DNA from: an uncultured SAR86 cluster bacterium
GTDB lineage: Bacteria > Pseudomonadota > Gammaproteobacteria > Magnimaribacterales > AG-339-G14
Length of the DNA stretch: 64,000 bases
Direction of reading: 5' to 3'
Assembly (NCBI GenBank): GCA_902522825.1
Contig: CABYXE010000002.1
Location: 32,530-96,529 of the forward strand
Shown here: in pieces, positions 1-8,830 of the stretch
How the letters are laid out: the number at the start of each line of letters is the position of its first letter
How positions within the stretch are numbered: position 1 is the first letter of the stretch
The notes under the pieces: generated by a model
Told to the model about the DNA's origin: nothing
Database searches by the model: none
Seen by the model: the letters and a program-made list of their open reading frames with translations, nothing else
Made by a program: the position numbers and the translations under genes

Positions 1-15
1 TTATAAAATAGATAG

Positions 16-552
16 ATGAAAAGAGAGTTACTGAAAGATATAGAAATTATAGTTCCAGAAATTTTTTCTGATGAAAGAGGGAATTTCTCTGAAAATTTCA
101 ATCAAATAAAATTTAATGGAGCGATAAAAAATAATTATTCTTTTGTTCAAGACAACAAGAGTTTTTCAAAAAAAGGTGTTTTTAGGGGACTCCATTATCA
201 ATTAAATCAACCCCAGGGAAAATTAGTGCAAGTCCTTTCAGGCGAAGTTTATGACGTTATACTGGATTTAAGAAAGAGCTCAGAGTCTTTTGGCGATTGG
301 ATGGGTATAATTTTATCTTCAAAAAATAGAAAGCAAGTATGGATTCCGCCAGGTTTTGCACACGGCTTTCTTGTCTTGAGTGAAGAGGCTGAATTTTTTT
401 ATAAAGTCACAGATTACTGGAATCAAGAAGATGAAAGATGTATTAAATGGAGTGATAAAACTATTGATATAGATTTCCCTGAAGAACCGAAAAATATTTC
501 AATAGCTGATCAAGAGGGAAGTCTGTTTAAAGATGCAGACTATTTCCTTTAA
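16..552 (+). CDS. rfbC: dTDP-4-dehydrorhamnose 3,5-epimerase
   Basis: Motifs DERGNFSE, QDNKSFS, RGLHYQ, QGKLV, PPGFAHGF typical of RmlC/RfbC cupins. Confidence 0.95.
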   Translation: MKRELLKDIEIIVPEIFSDERGNFSENFNQIKFNGAIKNNYSFVQDNKSFSKKGVFRGLHYQLNQPQGKLVQVLSGEVYDVILDLRKSSESFGDWMGIILSSKNRKQVWIPPGFAHGFLVLSEEAEFFYKVTDYWNQEDERCIKWSDKTIDIDFPEEPKNISIADQEGSLFKDADYFL

Positions 553-570
553 TTTAAATAGGAGATAAAA

Positions 571-1494
571 ATGAACAGAGTAACTAAACATTTAGGGTCA
601 AAATATCCAATTATACAAGCCCCAATGGGATGGATCGCTAGAAGCAAGCTAGCATCTTCAGTCTCAAATGCAGGAGGGTTAGGTGTGATAGAAACTTCTT
701 CAGGGGAAGTTGATACTTGCAAAACTGAGATAAAAAAAATGTCTGAGCTGACTAAAAACCCTTTCGGAGTGAATTTACCTATCTTATTTTTGCAAGATGA
801 ATCCATTGTAGATTTTGTCGCAGAATGTGGAGTTAAATTTGTGACGACATCTGCCGGAAGCCCTGCAAAATACATAAACAAATTAAAAGAGGCAGGTTTA
901 ACTGTCTATCATGCCGTTCCAAGTTTAGCCGGAGCATTAAAGGCTGCTGATGCTGGAGTAGACGGACTGGTAGTGGAAGGAACAGAAGGTGGAGGTTTTA
1001 AAAATCCAGAAGAAGTAGGGCTTTTCGTTTTAATTCAGGCCATTAGAAGAAAAATTGATCTCCCAATAATTGCTGCTGGAGGAATAGCTGATGGACAGGG
1101 CATGGCGGCTGCTTTTGCTATTGGAGCTGAGGGTATTCAGATGGGAACTAGATTTGTTTCAAGTAAAGAAAGCCCGGTTCACGAAAATTGGAAAAATGCC
1201 ATTCTAAATGGCACAGAGTCCGATACTTACGTTTTAAATAAAACAGGTTCTCCTTGTTTGAGAGCTATAAAAACTGATTATACAAAAGAGATTTTTGAGA
1301 AAGGCTCTATGGATATGAGTGTCTTTGGCGGAGTACAAGACTTATATTTTGGGGGAGATCTAAATGCAGCCCCAGCCTTAACCGGTCAATCAATGGGGCT
1401 AATAGATGAGATCAAATCGGTTGAAACAATCATTGATGAAACGGTTAATGAATTTAATTTAACTTGTGAAAATCTTAGTTCGGTTAAGTTATAA
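571..1494 (+). CDS. Nitronate monooxygenase / FabK-like FMN oxidoreductase
   Basis: YPIIQAPMG, PFGVN, VVEGTEGGG, IAAGGIADG, GIQMGTRF; SD AGGAG upstream. Confidence 0.9.
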   Translation: MNRVTKHLGSKYPIIQAPMGWIARSKLASSVSNAGGLGVIETSSGEVDTCKTEIKKMSELTKNPFGVNLPILFLQDESIVDFVAECGVKFVTTSAGSPAKYINKLKEAGLTVYHAVPSLAGALKAADAGVDGLVVEGTEGGGFKNPEEVGLFVLIQAIRRKIDLPIIAAGGIADGQGMAAAFAIGAEGIQMGTRFVSSKESPVHENWKNAILNGTESDTYVLNKTGSPCLRAIKTDYTKEIFEKGSMDMSVFGGVQDLYFGGDLNAAPALTGQSMGLIDEIKSVETIIDETVNEFNLTCENLSSVKL

Positions 1495-1568
1495 ATTTAT
1501 CAACTATTTGTTTCAAAATACTTAGAAAACAATTAATCTTAATGCCCGATTTTATAAATTATTAAATT

Positions 1569-2033
1569 ATGAGCTTTATATTAGAAAATATAACTACCAT
1601 TATTCAAGCGCTTGCAGCTTTTGGAGCAATCGGAACTGTTTATTTTTTGGTTCGCGAATTGGGAGAGCAAAATAGAGTCTCAAGAGCAAACGTTCGTCAA
1701 AATGTTGCCGACAGTCATCAAAAAATGGCTTTGGCTGGAATGAAAAAAGATATCGTAAAGATTAAATTAAAACTCAGGAAAGACGAAGAATTGACAGAGA
1801 TAGAAGATGCTACATATCTTTCATATTTCGCCGTTATGCTCAGATCTAGAGAAAATCAATATTATCAATACACTATTGGAATGTTAGACGAAGTAGAATG
1901 GTCCTCAATGTTGAAATCGTTTAAGACGTTATTTCGGTCTCCTTATCACCTAAAATTATGGTCTTTTATGAGAGAGACCTTTGACGAAGAATTTGTTGTG
2001 ATCGTTGATCAAATTATAGAAGAATTAAAATGA
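1569..2033 (+). CDS. Hypothetical protein with N-terminal membrane anchor
   Basis: Hydrophobic residues ~9-28 followed by a helical domain with ENQYYQYTIGMLDEVEW; ATGA overlap with the EAL gene. Confidence 0.8.
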   Translation: MSFILENITTIIQALAAFGAIGTVYFLVRELGEQNRVSRANVRQNVADSHQKMALAGMKKDIVKIKLKLRKDEELTEIEDATYLSYFAVMLRSRENQYYQYTIGMLDEVEWSSMLKSFKTLFRSPYHLKLWSFMRETFDEEFVVIVDQIIEELK

Positions 2034-3133
2034 AGATGACCCAAGATCAAGAATTTTACTTAACCGAGTCTTTAAAACAACATCCTAGTGCCTTTATAAT
2101 TTTCGATAAAGATTTGAAAATTAAATGGATGAATAATTCATCCAAATATATTTTTAGTTGCGATGATGCCAAAGATTTAGAAATAAAAGGGGTTTTTTCC
2201 CTTGGCGAATCAAAAAAACTTGAAGAAGTAAAAATAGCATCTTCTTTTGAATCTAATATCGAAATTCAACTAAGAAAAATAACTTTTTTTTTAAGATCTA
2301 GAGTTCATGAAGTTCCATTAGAGGATGATTCTTCCTTTTTTTTATTGGAAGTAATTACTAATTCAAAAGAGTCTCTGGAGGCTATGAAAGGAACCATTGC
2401 TTGTATTGAACATGACAGAATAGATCTCGCTTATCAGAAGCAAGTCGATTTAAAAACTGACAAACTAGTAGGGCTAGAAGCTCTTCTTAGGATGAGAGAT
2501 GAAGATGGCAATATTATTCCAAATGATAAATTTATCCCTTTGATTGAAGGAGAAAGCTTATTTTCGCTAGTTGTAATGTCTTCTTTGGAAAAGTTGAAGG
2601 AAGCGTTTGAGCTTAAAAACGAATTTGATATGCAAGGGGTAACAATTTACTTAAATGTATCTGCCCACACAGCGATGCAAGAAAATTTTACGAAGATATT
2701 TATAGATTTTGTTAAATCTTTAGATCTTAAGCCCGGTGAATTAGGATTAGAGATTACTGAAACGGCTGAATTAGAAAATGTTACTAAGGCTGGAGAATCA
2801 TTTCAAAAATTGAAGGATGTCGGTATACCACTAGCCATAGATGATTTTGGTGCAGGATATTCTTCTTTAAGTTACTTAAGAGATTTACCGGTTGATTCTG
2901 TCAAGTTGGATAAAGTCTTTGCTCAAACTATTTCTGAAAAAACTACTTCAGAATTAATAAAATTTGTTGTAAGCGTTTGCGATACTTTGTCACTAAATAT
3001 GTTGGGAGAGGGCATCGAAACAGATGAACAAAAAGAAAAATTTATTAAAATAGGTTGTCCAAACGGACAAGGATATTTAATGCATAGGCCTGAATTTATA
3101 GAGGATTTAAAAAAAAGTTTGCAATGGAAATAA
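2030..3133 (+). CDS. PAS-like + EAL c-di-GMP phosphodiesterase
   Basis: LEALLR, YLNVS, LEITE, IDDFGAGYSSLSYL, KLDK, EGIET, QGY all present; N-terminus PAS-like (AFIIFDKDLKIKWMN). Confidence 0.92.
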   Translation: MKMTQDQEFYLTESLKQHPSAFIIFDKDLKIKWMNNSSKYIFSCDDAKDLEIKGVFSLGESKKLEEVKIASSFESNIEIQLRKITFFLRSRVHEVPLEDDSSFFLLEVITNSKESLEAMKGTIACIEHDRIDLAYQKQVDLKTDKLVGLEALLRMRDEDGNIIPNDKFIPLIEGESLFSLVVMSSLEKLKEAFELKNEFDMQGVTIYLNVSAHTAMQENFTKIFIDFVKSLDLKPGELGLEITETAELENVTKAGESFQKLKDVGIPLAIDDFGAGYSSLSYLRDLPVDSVKLDKVFAQTISEKTTSELIKFVVSVCDTLSLNMLGEGIETDEQKEKFIKIGCPNGQGYLMHRPEFIEDLKKSLQWK

Positions 3134-4584
3134 ATCAAGATAAACCGTCCAAAGGAGCAGAACAAATACTTCTTGCTCAAATAAAGCAGGAGTTCACAGC
3201 CCCTGCGGATGCCATTGAACAATATATAGACTTGGTTTCTCAATACATTGAGGAAAATAACATTGCTGTTGAAGATGAGATAGAACAAATAAAAACAGGA
3301 CAACAAAAACTTCTATCTCAGTACGAGGAAGCTTTTAGAGAGAATACTAAAAGCGATTCAAAGAAAAACAAAACTGCTCAAGAATATTCTGAGTTAAGAC
3401 ACAATTTAAGAACACCTCTTAATGCAATTATTGGTTATAGTGAGATTTTAATGGAAGATTTTGAAGATGATCTTTCTGAAAGTTGTATAAACGATCTGAA
3501 TAATATTCTTATTCATTCAAGAGATACTGAAAAAGCGATAGAAAAATTTGTCGACTTTATTAAAGGAGACCTTAAATCAGAACCATCAGATAACTCAGGG
3601 CAGTCAAATGTGAAAAATGCTGAATCATTATTCAAATCTTTAGGAGACCTAGATTATAGTCTAGAGATTGATGATAATCTTAAAGATGCCGATATCTTAA
3701 TTGTCGACGATAACGTAACAAATTGCGAAGTTCTGCAGAGAAGATTATCTCAACATGGATTGCAGTGCAGAGTTGTTTATGATGGGACCAATGCTCTTAA
3801 AGAAGTAGAAAGAAAAACACCAGATTTAATTTTATTAGATGTCATTCTTCCAGATATAAATGGTCTAGAGTTACTAAAAGAATTTAGGTCTAAACATACT
3901 GATGATGAGTTACCAATAATAATGGTTTCAGCTTTTAATGATGTGGACAGTACAGCCAAATGTATAAAGTTAGGTGCTACCGATTATTTACCTAAACCCC
4001 TAAATGGAACAATCCTTATGGCTAAAGCTGTCGCAAGTTTAGAAGCAAAATATTTTAGAGAGGCTAATAGAAAATTATTAGAGGAGCTTCATATAAGAGC
4101 AACAACTTGTCCTCTCACAGGTATATTTAATCGAAAAGTTGTTTTTGATCACGGAGAAAAATCATTTTCTGAAAGTATGAGTGGAAAAGGAAAAGACTTT
4201 TCACTTCTATCTATAGACATCGATTTTTTTAAAAAGGTTAATGATACTTTTGGGCATCCTGGAGGAGACGAAGTCATTATTGCCTTGGCAAAGTTGCTTG
4301 AAGAAAAAGGTAAACCTAATGTTGTTGGCAGAGTCGGCGGGGAAGAGTTTATGGCAATCATCGTGCATGATGAATCTCAATCGATTGAAGAATTTTGCGC
4401 TTCTTTAAGAGAAGATGTAAATAAATTAGAAATACCATTCCAAGATACGATAATTAATATTAATATAAGTGGAGGAGTTGCCAGTTCTTCAACCACTGAT
4501 AGTTGGGAAGATATGGTCAATTTAGCAGACGAAAGACTTTATAAGTCCAAAGAGAATGGAAGAGATCAAATCACATATGATTGA
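3124..4584 (+). CDS. DHp(HisKA-like)-REC-GGDEF diguanylate cyclase response regulator
   Basis: RHNLRTPLNAIIGYSEIL H-box with no HATPase domain; REC (ILIVDDN...LLDVILP...MVSA...LPKP); GGDEF (DIDFFKKVNDTFGH...GRVGGEEF). Confidence 0.92.
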   Translation: MEINQDKPSKGAEQILLAQIKQEFTAPADAIEQYIDLVSQYIEENNIAVEDEIEQIKTGQQKLLSQYEEAFRENTKSDSKKNKTAQEYSELRHNLRTPLNAIIGYSEILMEDFEDDLSESCINDLNNILIHSRDTEKAIEKFVDFIKGDLKSEPSDNSGQSNVKNAESLFKSLGDLDYSLEIDDNLKDADILIVDDNVTNCEVLQRRLSQHGLQCRVVYDGTNALKEVERKTPDLILLDVILPDINGLELLKEFRSKHTDDELPIIMVSAFNDVDSTAKCIKLGATDYLPKPLNGTILMAKAVASLEAKYFREANRKLLEELHIRATTCPLTGIFNRKVVFDHGEKSFSESMSGKGKDFSLLSIDIDFFKKVNDTFGHPGGDEVIIALAKLLEEKGKPNVVGRVGGEEFMAIIVHDESQSIEEFCASLREDVNKLEIPFQDTIININISGGVASSSTTDSWEDMVNLADERLYKSKENGRDQITYD

Positions 4585-4598
4585 ATAAGGAGATAAAA

Positions 4599-4958
4599 GT
4601 GAAGAAAATTTTGTATGTTGAAGACAATGAAATGAATAGAGATATGTTGGGTAGAAGATTGACTAGAAGAGACTATGAGGTTGTCTTTGCTTTTGACGGA
4701 CAAGAAGGATTAGATAAGATGAAATCCGAAAATCCTGACTTAGTTTTAATGGATATGGGTTTGCCAGTTTTAGATGGTTGGGAAGCAACAACTAAGGCAA
4801 AAGAAGATCCTGAAATCTCTAATATTCCTATTATTGCTCTTACAGCTCATGCTATGGAACACGACAGACAAAAAGCTTTAGATTGTGGTGCGGACGATTT
4901 TGATACAAAGCCAGTGGATTTTAAAAGGCTTCTTGAAAAGATAGAGCAAAAGATTTAA
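4599..4958 (+). CDS. Single-domain response regulator (DivK-like)
   Basis: KILYVEDNEMNRDML...LMDMGLP...IALTAHAM...DTKP; GTG at 4599 follows SD AAGGAG (ORF track starts at 4581). Confidence 0.92.
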   Translation: MKKILYVEDNEMNRDMLGRRLTRRDYEVVFAFDGQEGLDKMKSENPDLVLMDMGLPVLDGWEATTKAKEDPEISNIPIIALTAHAMEHDRQKALDCGADDFDTKPVDFKRLLEKIEQKI

Positions 4959-7955
4959 TCAGTCTTCTTTTAATATTTTAGATACCAATCCAGGAAGTTG
5001 ATTAATTGATACTTCATCTTTTTTAATCAGACCTTCTACATTTTCATTCAAAAGTTCTGCTTGAACATCAGTAAGATCTTTACCTGAATATACCAAAACA
5101 TTTGGCCTTTCATTTTTTTCTTTCATCTCCAATAAATTGTCTAGGAATTCAAAACCATCCATTCTTGGCATTTCCAAATCTAAAACAATTAAAGAAGGAT
5201 TCTTGTCTAATTTGCTAAGACCATCTTTTCCATCTTTTGCTAGTATTGGTTCATATCCTGAATCAATTAGTGATCTTGCAAGAATGTCTCTAGTATTTGC
5301 ATCATCATCAATAATTAATATAGTTTTATTTTTCTCATCTGTGCCTATTAAAGATGAAACTGTTTTTAAGAATTTAGCTCTGTCTATAGGCTTAGTTAAA
5401 TAATCATCTGCGCCAAGAGATGAAGCTAAATTTTCTTGAGACATTTGACTAACCATGACCACTGGAATTTCTTTTAATTCTTCGTCTGATTTACACTCTC
5501 TTAAAATTGACCATCCATCTCTTCCTGGCATAAGAACATCTAAAAGAATTAATTTTGGTTTTAATTCTCTTATCATTTTAAGGCCTTGTTCTCCATCAGT
5601 AGCACCAATTAATCTCATTCCAGCCTTAACGATAGTTCTTCTGATTAGATCATGCATAGCGACATCATCATCAATAAGTACACAAATATTTTCGTCATCT
5701 ATATTTTCTACATTTGCCTCTTCAATATCTTCTTGATCCGAGCATATTCTTGGCACAGAAATAGAAAAAACAGATCCTGTTCCTTTTTCTGACGAAACGG
5801 AAACACCTCCACCCATCAGTTCAGCAAACCTCTTGCTTATTGGAAGACCAAGACCTGTACCTCCGTGCGTAGCTGATGTTGAGCGCTCAGCCTGGGTATA
5901 TTCTTCAAAGACTTTTGCAACTCCTTCTGCACTCATTCCCTCTCCATCATCAGTGACTTTAAACTCAATCATTTCAATATCGTCTTTCACCATAGAATTT
6001 ACATCTAAAGTTACTACTCCACTCTTAGTAAATTTAAAGGCGTTACTTAAAAAGTTGGTAACACATTGCCTAAGTTTTGTTTCATCTTGTGTCATTGCGC
6101 CAATGGCATCCTGTATGTTTATTTTAAATCCATTATCATTTTTTGAAGCCAAAGGAGCATTGACGTCTTTGAGAGTTTCTACTAATTTTTCTATTTCGAA
6201 GCTTGTTAAATAAAGCTCCATTTTTCCTGCTTCAATCTTTGAAAGATCAAGAACATTGTTAATTAAAGACAATAGATGAGTTCCTGCAGATGTAATTTTT
6301 TGAAGATCGGGCATTAGATCTTCATAGCCAAGATCTTCGCATTCCTCGTATAGCATTTCCCCATAACCAAGAATTGCATTTAAAGGAGTTCTCAACTCGT
6401 GGCTCATGTTGGCAAAAAATTTACTTTTTTGTTCATTTGCTTCTTGAGCTTCATCTCTTGATTCTTCCATCTCTTTAGTTCTTGAATCAATTAAAACTTG
6501 AACTTCGTCAGCCATTCTAGAAAATGCCAGAGTCATTAACTCAACTGATTTATCTTCGCTAGAACCTTCTTCGGTTTCAGCAGCTAAATCTTGCATTTTT
6601 TTAATATCATTTAAAATTAAAGTTCTTGAATCTCCTTCAAGCTCGTCAGCGAGAATTGACATCTTCTCGATTATTGCATCATCTCTTTCTTTTCTTCTCC
6701 TAGCTTGTTCCTCTCTAATGTTCTCCATTTCAGTCAAATGGCCTCTATAAATTTCTAGGGCTTTTCCTAATTGACCAACTTCATCATCATCAGATTTAAA
6801 GATACCTCTTCTTTCCGGCATATTTTTTGATAGATCTCCACTAGTTAATGCTTCTAAAACCTCAATCGCTTTATTAATTGAGCCAAATGTACTAGCTGAA
6901 ATTAAAGAATTTATTAAAATCACCGCAACAATGACTACAAAAATTAGAATAAAAATAATATTTAAAATATTATTTTCCTGAGTAATACTCGCACTCTCAT
7001 CTTTAAATATATAAAACTGAGCTTTTTCTGCAGAAAGATATGAACTCAGAGGTAAAAGGGTGATCGAAGAACCTAATTCCCCGTCTCTGATATTGGATCT
7101 ATTGCCATATTCACTTAAGTAAATTTCAGCCTTTTTTACAAAAGCCGATAAATCATTTTCATTTCCAAATGAATCAGATTCTTCATTATTTAAAGCAGAT
7201 TCGTATCTTGCATAATCTTCTCCTAGTGAGATTACACCTTCAGGAGTTCTTACGGCAGAAACTAACTCAAATTCGTCTCCAAAAGTCTCCAGAGATTTTC
7301 GGATATCAATTCCCATTACCATTACGGCTTCAGCACTATTACTAAAAGCTTTAATTGGAAAAGCCATGGATTGATTTAAAGTAGAAATCTCTTCTCCAGA
7401 GGTATCAATTATTGTCGATAGGGTTCTCCTAGGCCTTCTACTTGCATCATTAATATATTCGTTTAGATCAGAAAAGAAATCAGGTTTAGCTTTAGGATTG
7501 CAAGGATCAATACCTGATAAATCTAAAGCGCTACTACAATAAAATCTTTCACCATTGGGATAATAAGCCATAACGTAACTAAGGTTTCCTTCATCCAAAT
7601 CAAACTCAAACATTAAATCAAGTAAGTATCCAGCTTCACCAGTGTTTTTAGTTGTAATAAATTCTATTAAAGGGTTCTTATACTCATCCTCGGGGGAGGA
7701 CAGTTCTTCTTCAGGATAAATTTCATTTTCTGGATCCCAAAAAGTTCCTCTTTCGCCGGAAGGCAACCAACTAGAAATGGTATCAAAAGAAGTTTCTAAA
7801 GTTTGAAACCAAGCGGCTTCATAGGTAGTAACTAAAGATTCAGAAGAGTAATTTCTTTGCGTACTCTCTCGCCAGGAAAAAAGTCCATAAAGAACTGAAG
7901 CAAGTAGGATATTTCCTACCAACCCAATTAAAATTAGTACAGTTCTTATACGCAT
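4959..7955 (-). CDS. Membrane hybrid sensor histidine kinase (periplasmic sensor-HAMP-HisKA-HATPase-REC-REC)
   Basis: Two TM segments; HAMP (DEVGQLGKAL); SHELRTPLNAILG; N box NFLSNAFKFT; G1 DDGEGM; G2 GGTGLGL; two receiver domains with Asp intact. Confidence 0.95.
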   Translation of the reverse strand: MRIRTVLILIGLVGNILLASVLYGLFSWRESTQRNYSSESLVTTYEAAWFQTLETSFDTISSWLPSGERGTFWDPENEIYPEEELSSPEDEYKNPLIEFITTKNTGEAGYLLDLMFEFDLDEGNLSYVMAYYPNGERFYCSSALDLSGIDPCNPKAKPDFFSDLNEYINDASRRPRRTLSTIIDTSGEEISTLNQSMAFPIKAFSNSAEAVMVMGIDIRKSLETFGDEFELVSAVRTPEGVISLGEDYARYESALNNEESDSFGNENDLSAFVKKAEIYLSEYGNRSNIRDGELGSSITLLPLSSYLSAEKAQFYIFKDESASITQENNILNIIFILIFVVIVAVILINSLISASTFGSINKAIEVLEALTSGDLSKNMPERRGIFKSDDDEVGQLGKALEIYRGHLTEMENIREEQARRRKERDDAIIEKMSILADELEGDSRTLILNDIKKMQDLAAETEEGSSEDKSVELMTLAFSRMADEVQVLIDSRTKEMEESRDEAQEANEQKSKFFANMSHELRTPLNAILGYGEMLYEECEDLGYEDLMPDLQKITSAGTHLLSLINNVLDLSKIEAGKMELYLTSFEIEKLVETLKDVNAPLASKNDNGFKINIQDAIGAMTQDETKLRQCVTNFLSNAFKFTKSGVVTLDVNSMVKDDIEMIEFKVTDDGEGMSAEGVAKVFEEYTQAERSTSATHGGTGLGLPISKRFAELMGGGVSVSSEKGTGSVFSISVPRICSDQEDIEEANVENIDDENICVLIDDDVAMHDLIRRTIVKAGMRLIGATDGEQGLKMIRELKPKLILLDVLMPGRDGWSILRECKSDEELKEIPVVMVSQMSQENLASSLGADDYLTKPIDRAKFLKTVSSLIGTDEKNKTILIIDDDANTRDILARSLIDSGYEPILAKDGKDGLSKLDKNPSLIVLDLEMPRMDGFEFLDNLLEMKEKNERPNVLVYSGKDLTDVQAELLNENVEGLIKKDEVSINQLPGLVSKILKED

Positions 7956-7978
7956 TTAGCGCCAGTGCTTAAACTTTT

Positions 7979-8368
7979 CTATTGAACTTTAAAAGTGAGT
8001 TTTACTTGAACGTCATTCACTTTTACAGAAACGCCTTCATAAACTGGAGGTTCGTATAACCACTTTCTGATTGATTTCATTGCAGCTCTTTCAAACAAAC
8101 CAGCAGGTTCACTTTCCACCACATAAGGGTCAATTACCGAACCATCGGTATCAATATCAAACTCAATTAATACATATCCATCTTTAGCTAATCTCAAAGC
8201 TTTTCTTGGAAATTTAGCAGGTTGAGTATAGATTCTGTTTACGTCTAATTCTATTTTGTCATCTTCTCCAACATATCCTACGTCCGAGAAAGAAGAACTA
8301 GCAAAAATAAAAAGCGCTAGGCTTATTATTAAGGTTTTAACGCTTATATTTTTATTAAATTTTTTCAT
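7979..8368 (-). CDS. Small exported stand-alone TonB C-terminal domain protein
   Basis: Signal peptide ending SSSFS, then PAKFPRKALRLAKDGYVLIEFDIDTDGSV...FERAAMKSIRKWLYEP; ATG 8368 with SD AAGGAG (ORF track starts at 8413). Confidence 0.85.
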   Translation of the reverse strand: MKKFNKNISVKTLIISLALFIFASSSFSDVGYVGEDDKIELDVNRIYTQPAKFPRKALRLAKDGYVLIEFDIDTDGSVIDPYVVESEPAGLFERAAMKSIRKWLYEPPVYEGVSVKVNDVQVKLTFKVQ

Positions 8369-8429
8369 TTTGTCTCCTTGAGAAAAAAACATTATAAAAC
8401 GTATCAAATTCAACGTAAAATCATTATTT

Positions 8430-8828
8430 ATGGATCACAAGGTTAGCGAGATGCTTTTAAATCAAAGATATTGGGATATTTTCACTGTGACGGATAATTG
8501 TTCAGTTAAAAAAGCAATTCGAATGATGGATGAAAAAAAAATAGGTGCACTCCTGGTCCATTGCCCAGAAAGCAATAATCCTCAAGATCTAACTGGAATT
8601 CTTACTGAAAGGGACATAATCGAATTACTTTCTAGAAAAGACGACAATCTGGATAATTTTAAAGTTAAAGATATTATGTCAGAGAATATAATTAGCGTTA
8701 CTTCCTCTCAAACGGCAGAAGAAGCTCTTGCTCTGATGATAGAAAATCAAATTAGACATTTGGCAGTAATGGAAGAAGGAAGTCTTGTTGGCGTTCTATC
8801 TATGAGAGATATTTTAAAAAAGAAATAA
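8430..8828 (+). CDS. CBS domain-pair protein
   Basis: KIGALLV...GILTERD, VKDIMS, IRHLAV...VGVLSMRD. Confidence 0.9.
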   Translation: MDHKVSEMLLNQRYWDIFTVTDNCSVKKAIRMMDEKKIGALLVHCPESNNPQDLTGILTERDIIELLSRKDDNLDNFKVKDIMSENIISVTSSQTAEEALALMIENQIRHLAVMEEGSLVGVLSMRDILKKK

Positions 8829-8830
8829 AA

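Noticed and set aside
1508-1532. Imperfect inverted repeat TTGTTT...AAACAA upstream of the signalling operon
   Set aside because: Short, AT-only arms; cannot be distinguished from background or a weak terminator.
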